A stretch of DNA of 64,000 nucleotides from Eledone cirrhosa (Eukaryota). Position 1 is the first letter of the stretch. Every line of letters starts with the position of its first letter. Positions 57,577 to 64,000 of the stretch are shown one piece after another. The notes under the pieces were generated by a model. It saw nothing but the letters and a program-made list of their open reading frames with translations. It had not been told where the DNA came from and made no database searches. Where the stretch lies: the NCBI GenBank assembly GCA_964016885.1, contig OZ024741.1:137888001-137952000 (forward strand). Reading direction: 5' to 3'. The position numbers and the translations under genes were made by a program.

Positions 57577-60247
57577 CTACTGTCCATATATCTTGAGAAA
57601 GGTCCCGGCTCTAAGGTGTCTGCATGTCCCGAAGAAGTCGGTTCTGAGGTTTATCAGGCCGCTTCCACCTCTTAGTATCTCGACGGTCTTGTACAGGCAT
57701 AGTTTGCATATGCAAGATCCCCCTTTATCGGGTGGTACTTTCCTGATTATGTACCAGGCCAGCGAGTATGGGGTCCTGTCCAGCTTAAGCTTCCAGATCA
57801 GGTCGGAGAGAACTGTGCTTTTCCTTTTGGCCTCCTTCTTGAATGAATGGCGACGGTTGTACCAGCGGTCCTTAAAGCTCGTTGATGTGGATCCTATATA
57901 GAGGTGTTCGGAGTTGGGGGTTTTAACCCTACAACCGTACACAAGGTTCTTCTCGAGACATTCATTACCAAGGGGGCATGATTCGGGGTTTCTGCAGTTG
58001 CAGAGGGTGGTCGGCCTCTGCCTGCCTAGATTAGGGTTCTCATTATGTGTTACATGTTGGTCCTCCCCCATGCTCGGTGAGGGGTCCTTGGGTCTGTTTG
58101 TGTTTCTTGGGTGGGCTCTGGGTCCCTCCTTCCCTCCTTTCACATGGTTCTGCTGAGTGTTTGTATTGCCATCTTCTGGTTGTGTGTGGTTTTTAAGCCT
58201 ACTTCTGTTGATGCTAGCTATGTGTTGGGCCAAATTTCTCGTGGTGGAATACGAAAGCTTCACAGTGTGTCTGTTGAAGATCCTGTGGTATCTGTGGTCA
58301 CTCGGGAAGCATTTGTCAAGTGCTCCAAAGAATAATCGGGCCAAGCTTTTCTTTAGGGCCGCTGAGTAGGGTGGGTTGTACCACGTGATTTGTCGGTGTC
58401 TCCTCCTATATGTGTGGGTCGGGGGCTTCGTGATTTGTTGGAGATTTGTTGGGTTGCTGGTGGTTTCCGCACTGTTGCTTCCCTTTTGGGCTCTATACTT
58501 TTTGTTATCTTCGCGGCCCGGATTTGTGGGGTGGTTGTTGTCAACCCCGGGAGATCCATCGTGGGGTGGTCGCCCCCCCCCACGTGTCCTGCGGTTGGGA
58601 TCGTCCGTCCTGGGGTAGTTAGCGTCACGCCTGAGACTGCTACTCATATTGTGCTCCATCTCGTGGTCAAGCGCACTAGTCCCCACCGCCCGTGTGGTGG
58701 TGTCTGGTATATGGTGCCTATTTGATTCTGCTCTGCCTGTATTGTTAGGGTTTGCCCTTCCCCCTCTGGCAACGCGGTTGTGGGTGTCTGTTGGGCTATC
58801 CATCTCCCGGCTTTTCGGACTATAAGTTATATTTTGTCCATGTGCCGCCTTCTTTAGAGCTGCGTTGTAATATTCCGCGTGGTTGTTGAATATTTCCTTA
58901 CTTGCGGGCAGGCTGGAGATCCTGTCCGAGACACTGTTCACCACTGCCTTGGTTATGGATCTAGGGTGGTTTGATTTGGCGTTAACATATACGAGTTTCT
59001 CGTTGGGCTTGTGGTAGGGGTAGTATTGCTCGGTGTTCAGGTTTAGGGTGGTGTCTAGGAAGTTAACTACCTTCCTATTTGGGTCTATTTCTATGCTGAG
59101 CCCCTGGTTCTTAAAGAAATGGCGAATACGCCTCCTCATACCCTCGAACATATTGGTCCTGTGATCATGTACTGTGAATAGAGCATCGTCACGATATAAT
59201 CCGCCGCCCAGGTAGGGGATTTCATCATTCATCTGCTTCAGCAAGTAGAGCCCAACCAGGTCCGTTACCTGCGCTGAGTCGCTGGAGCCCATCGTGATGT
59301 CAAAGTTATTTGGCCAATCACTCCTGGTCCAAAGGTCTCCATCGAAGCGGATTAAGGTCTTTCTTGCGGCGTGGATGATGCTCACCTCCTCTCGGGTTAG
59401 GTCCGTATTGGACATCGCTAAAAATAGGGCCTTATTAAGTACTATGGGTGAGATTGAGGAGTAGTAGCTTGCGATGTCCAGTTGTATAAAGCTGGTCCTA
59501 CTTTTCTCATGCAGTATTTTGAACCATTCTATTACTTCTCTCGTGCATGACCATTGCTGTAATTTGGTTTTCTTCCGAAGCTTGGGCAAAATCCTATCCA
59601 GTATTCTTTTACTGACGATCCCTAGGTCAGATCTGGAGGGGGGCTATTAGTCTGACAGGGAGGTCGGACTCAAAGTTTGACTTGTGGTCTTTAAGGGTAA
59701 CCCGCGGCTCCCTTGGTTGGTATGGGGCCGTCCTGTCCTCTATGCCGATTCTGGATATAATCCTGTAAGCTGTGGCATTGATCTCATCCAGGGTAAATCC
59801 AGGTGTTTTTTTGTAGCACTTCCTCAGTTCCCTGAGGATTAGCTTATTGTACAGTTCAGTGTTCATGTTGTAGAGGTTGTTTGTTTTGTCAGCATGGACA
59901 AGTATTCCAGTTGTCCCTTTAAGTTCTGTAATCCGGTTTCTCAGGTGTCTGAGGTACTCCTGACTTCTAGTTGGGTTTCCGGAGAATTTGAGGTTGGATA
60001 TGATGTTAATCATCTCGTTTTCAAACTCCCCCATTAGTCTGTTGTGGGGGGGATTTCTCCTTGATTGAAAAAGGTACTCCATGTTTTCTGTGTTGGTAGT
60101 TTTCTGCGTTCCTCTTTCGAAGTGGAACGCCTTCCATCTCATCCTACGGATGAGGGAGTCCGTACTCTTGATGAGATCACTGGTGTATTCTCGTTTATCA
60201 GGTAGGGGGATGTCCTTCAGTGACGCTAAGGTTGCCAGTTTATCCAT
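57577..60247 (-). CDS. PLE reverse transcriptase-GIY-YIG polyprotein (~889 aa after correcting one frameshift at 59638-59643)
   Basis: RRMRWKAF; QLDIASYYSSI; TMGSSDSA; LYRDD; NFLD; WYNPPYS; CNCRNPESCPLGNEC; LVYGC...YIGST...FKDR; CKLC. Confidence 0.9.
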
Positions 60248-60445
60248 AGTGACTTATGTCCGCTACTGTTTGAAGCGCTCAACCCGTGTGGGAGCTAGAT
60301 AGATTTTGAGTTTATGTTGGTTGTATACCAACACCTCAGTATGCAGGCTGGAGCACTCGACGAAGTGCACAGGTTGGTTTGGTTACTCCGGAGTAGTGTA
60401 AAATAAAGTTAAATAAAAGTCAAATGATTAAAATTTAGCTTCGTT

Positions 60446-60500
60446 ACTGCTATATATATTTCAGTGACAGCCATCTTTGGCTGTGACCTCTTCAGGCAGT
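60446..60500 (-). ncRNA. Minimal hammerhead in the 5' pLTR
   Basis: Identical to 56136-56190, about 200 nt upstream of the ORF ATG. Confidence 0.85.
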
Positions 60501-61760
60501 TTGAATTAGTATGGTATAGACAAGTACATATGTTGTTTAGGTGTATAATATTGTCAATACTCTGATATGCCCAGTTCCTTGTTGGGTTGTTAATTCACTG
60601 AGGAACTGGAGTCATATGAATTCAAACAAACGAATTTCAGTGTCAAAGGTCCCCTTCTCCTCTCATTGGTCAGTTATTAGAACATTCCTCATTCTAAGTG
60701 TTGTTATTGTTGGAGTTAGCTTAAAAATTGATAAAATAGTAGAAGGGACAAGGTGTTAAAGGAACAAAATAACAAAAAAGGTGTCAAACTTCCCATTGGT
60801 CAGTTCTGAAAGCATTCCTCAGTCAGAAGTCTATAGAATTCTTTCTGGGGTGAGGCTCCCTGTAGTGTTTTCGCCTGCTATTGTTCAGTACATTTGACCT
60901 CCACCATTATTTTGGTACTGTTGTTGGTGTAGTGGTCAGCTTATATCTTGCTGCTGCTAACAATTTAGCAGTATCCAGTTTGTGTTTTTTTTTTTTTTTC
61001 CTTCATCCCGCCCGCCACCATCGTAGTGGTGGTGGTGCTGGTGGTGGGGTTCTTCCATGTATATGAAGAAATATAAGGCAATAAATGAAGAAAACAGAAA
61101 ATAAATAAATAATATAATAAAATAATTAATATAATTTGTGTAATTTGAAAATAAATAAATAAATAGAGGATAAAGAATAAAGAATAAATGAGAGATTGGT
61201 GAAAAAGTAATGAAAATGCATATGGAAAAGTGAGAAATAATGTAGGATGAAGTGTGTGTGTGTGTGCTATAACCAATCTCGAGGTCAGAATATGTTGGAT
61301 AGATTGGTATGAGACAAGATGTTAAGATGAGATATTCAAACTCAATGTGTTTGTGTTATAATCTATGTCAACTTAAAATAAATATAAGGTGATACAGTGA
61401 AGAGGGCAGAAAACAAATAACAAATTAATAAAGAGAAATCAAGATTTAAGATTGGAACTTGAAAGTCAGAAATCTGGTAAATTATAAGTGTTTGTGTTAT
61501 AGATGTTGGCCAAATTATTATGACTGTGTCCGATTATATCTCTGGGCTATCATGGTGTCTGCTCCGCCTGGGTTGTTCCCTGTGGCTTGTGGAGAGTTCA
61601 CAACCTAGGGTGTTGTTATTGCCCATATAGCTTGAGGGAGGTCTGGCCGAGAGGTGTTTTCATGTTCTGTAGAAGTCCCTATAGCTTGAGGGGAGTTCAC
61701 ATCTTCTTGTGTTGCTACTGTCCATATATCTTGAGAAAGGATGGATATACATATATATAT

Positions 61761-61841
<81 letters not shown>

Positions 61842-61859
61842 CATATACATATATATATA

Positions 61860-61898
<39 letters not shown>

Positions 61899-61921
61899 AT
61901 ATATATATATATCCATATAAA

Positions 61922-62092
<171 letters not shown>

Positions 62093-62108
62093 ATATATAT
62101 ATATATAT

Positions 62109-62162
<54 letters not shown>

Positions 62163-62527
62163 GATTGACTGAATACACATCGTTTTTCGTTAAAAAGATG
62201 TTTTCCATTCCTTCCTCTTCTTACGTTTATATTTCTACTTCATCTTTTATATCTGATTATATCTTGTGATGAAGGACTAGTGCCCGAAATGAGAAGACTA
62301 TTTTCCTACCATAGCACGCAACACACTAATATATTTCTTCCTTGTACTGTGTTGTTTGCTTTGTTGTTTCCGTGTACTTTTTTCATATATATATATATCT
62401 ATACACATGAATAAAAGTCGACCCTTCCATTATGAAATGCATTGGATCACAGGAGACCGGTTAAAATGATATGTGGATGATTAAGAATTTTGCTTAACAA
62501 CAGTGATGTCTAGAGTTTGAGCCCGCT

Positions 62528-62714
62528 AGTGAATTGGCAGTACCGGTAGAGGGTTGGACGCCATGCTTTCTAGCATAGTTACTTCCCTTTACGGTCTGAG
62601 TTTAAATCCCGTCGAGGTTAACTTTACCTTTCATCCTTATGGGGTCGATAAAATAAAGTACCAGTAATGTACTGGGTAATTGCTGTCCTTGTGCCCAAAG
62701 TAGAAACAATTATT
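62528..62714 (+). mobile_element. MetaSINE-like SINE
   Basis: Same head, core and tail as the other copies. Confidence 0.85.
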
Positions 62715-62716
62715 CT

Positions 62717-63000
62717 CCAAGGGATTTATAATAGCCACGGGTTGTATCAACGTAGTCACAGGATTTCCAATAGCCACGGTTCGTATCATGGTCAAGGGAT
62801 TTACAATAACCGCTACTTTGTAACATTGCCAAGGTTTTAAAATAGACATTAGTTCGTAACATGGTCAAGAGATTTACGATATCCCCTACTTCGTTCGCTG
62901 GTCAAGAGATTTACAATAGCCACTACTTCGTATATTGGTCAACAGATTTACAATAAACACTACATCATATCATGGTCAAGTGATAGACAATAGCCATGGG
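62717..63000. repeat. 37-bp minisatellite, about 7-8 diverged units
   Basis: Unit ggtcaagagatttacaatagccactacttcgtatcat starting at 62790, 62827, 62863, 62900, 62937 and 62974. Confidence 0.85.
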
Positions 63001-63890
63001 TCAACTTTAGATTTGCGAGTATAATTCGATTGACAGAGACAGTTCCCTATAGGATGAACTGTAAATGTTCAGCCTTGTCACATATGTATTGTGCCACAGT
63101 GATTCCATTAAAGAATCAACTTCAGGGTACACATATTAGTGAATTACTTAACTTCTTATATGTGAATTCCCGAGTTGGACTTTCCATTATAAGAACGACT
63201 GAATTTTCATCGTCAAAACAGATAACAGTGGATCTTTCTTGAGGAAGGAGTCTCATGGGGTGAATTGGTTCATTCTGCTGAGCTGCACTACAGCTGACGT
63301 GTACCACAAAGCCAAGAGTGTATAGAGGGCTTCCTCCCTGTTTCCTTTTCATTTATTCATAGATTCTTTATTTTTCACATATTTTCTTGTTTATAGCCAT
63401 CAATCAGGAAACGTATTTCAATCCCCAGAAAGGGCAAACAACATTTTCTATTCACCACGTGTTTTAGAAATGGTGGTATTAATATTAAATTCAAAAAATA
63501 ACGAAAAAAACATAATCTGAACTTTTCAGTCTAGAAGTATTTTACCATCAAAAGAGAATTGGTTTTTATCTGAGGGTCGATAGTTTATTTGTTTTAATCT
63601 AAAATGTTATGCTTCATATGATAGAAGTTATCTCGCGTGGAGTCTATATTAGTTCGTACATCTTCTTTAAGTCTTTTCTAAATAGCGAGGCTTTAGGAGT
63701 CATTAGACCGAATAATTTATCGTATATAACCTAAACTAAGGAACGTAAGTTTATCTAGCCTCATGGGGAGAATATTATTTTTGTTTGTTCATATTACTTT
63801 CCAGGATTATAATCTTACCGTGTAACAGTCTAATGAATCAGCTTTACTTTTTTTTATTTTGAACCTCTGGGACAGTATTATGCAGTTTTC

Positions 63891-64000
<110 letters not shown>

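Larger units (their letters stand above)
55991..61740 (-). mobile_element. Near-full-length Penelope-like retroelement (probably Hydra clade) with direct pseudo-LTRs 55991-57602 and 60301-61740
   Basis: Long direct repeats with period 4310, RT-GIY-YIG ORF, hammerhead in each pLTR, (TA)n on both flanks. Confidence 0.95.

Noticed and set aside
57365-58725. Plus-strand ORFs over the PLE
   Set aside because: Antisense shadows of a GC-rich coding region
59627-59645. Programmed ribosomal frameshift
   Set aside because: PLEs have a single ORF; a one-base homopolymer indel (mutation or sequencing error) is the simpler explanation
55991-61740. LTR retrotransposon
   Set aside because: No TG..CA ends, PBS, gag or integrase; the repeats overlap the ORF end and the protein is a PLE RT-GIY-YIG
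62717-63000. CRISPR-like periodicity
   Set aside because: Tandem units without unique spacers, eukaryotic context, no cas genes

Overview
AT-rich eukaryotic genomic DNA saturated with (TA)n/(CA)n/(GA)n microsatellites. The SINE and LINE repertoire looks like a cephalopod, most likely Octopus (inference). No host protein-coding gene can be supported; nearly all listed ORFs are microsatellite artefacts. The window is dominated by Penelope-like retroelements (PLEs) sitting in (TA)n tracts. These include a near-intact 5.75-kb element with long direct pseudo-LTRs (55991-61740; RT plus C-terminal GIY-YIG, Hydra-type Cys motifs, one homopolymer frameshift), a second PLE family with an inverted structure (6803-9664; also 48561-50227 and 1980-2432), and other endonuclease remnants. 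The strongest hidden signal is a population of at least eight small non-coding families, also in (TA)n, that form fold-back palindromes or short direct-repeat cassettes. Many carry minimal type I hammerhead ribozymes (CUGANGA...GAAA, short palindromic helix III, NUH), including a compensated U3-A8 variant in a retrozyme-like 591-nt unit. Also present are tRNA-derived SINEs (MetaSINE-like, including a dimeric form), RTE and CR1-like LINE fragments, a non-autonomous Helitron and a 37-bp minisatellite. All ribozyme folds were read by eye and not computed.
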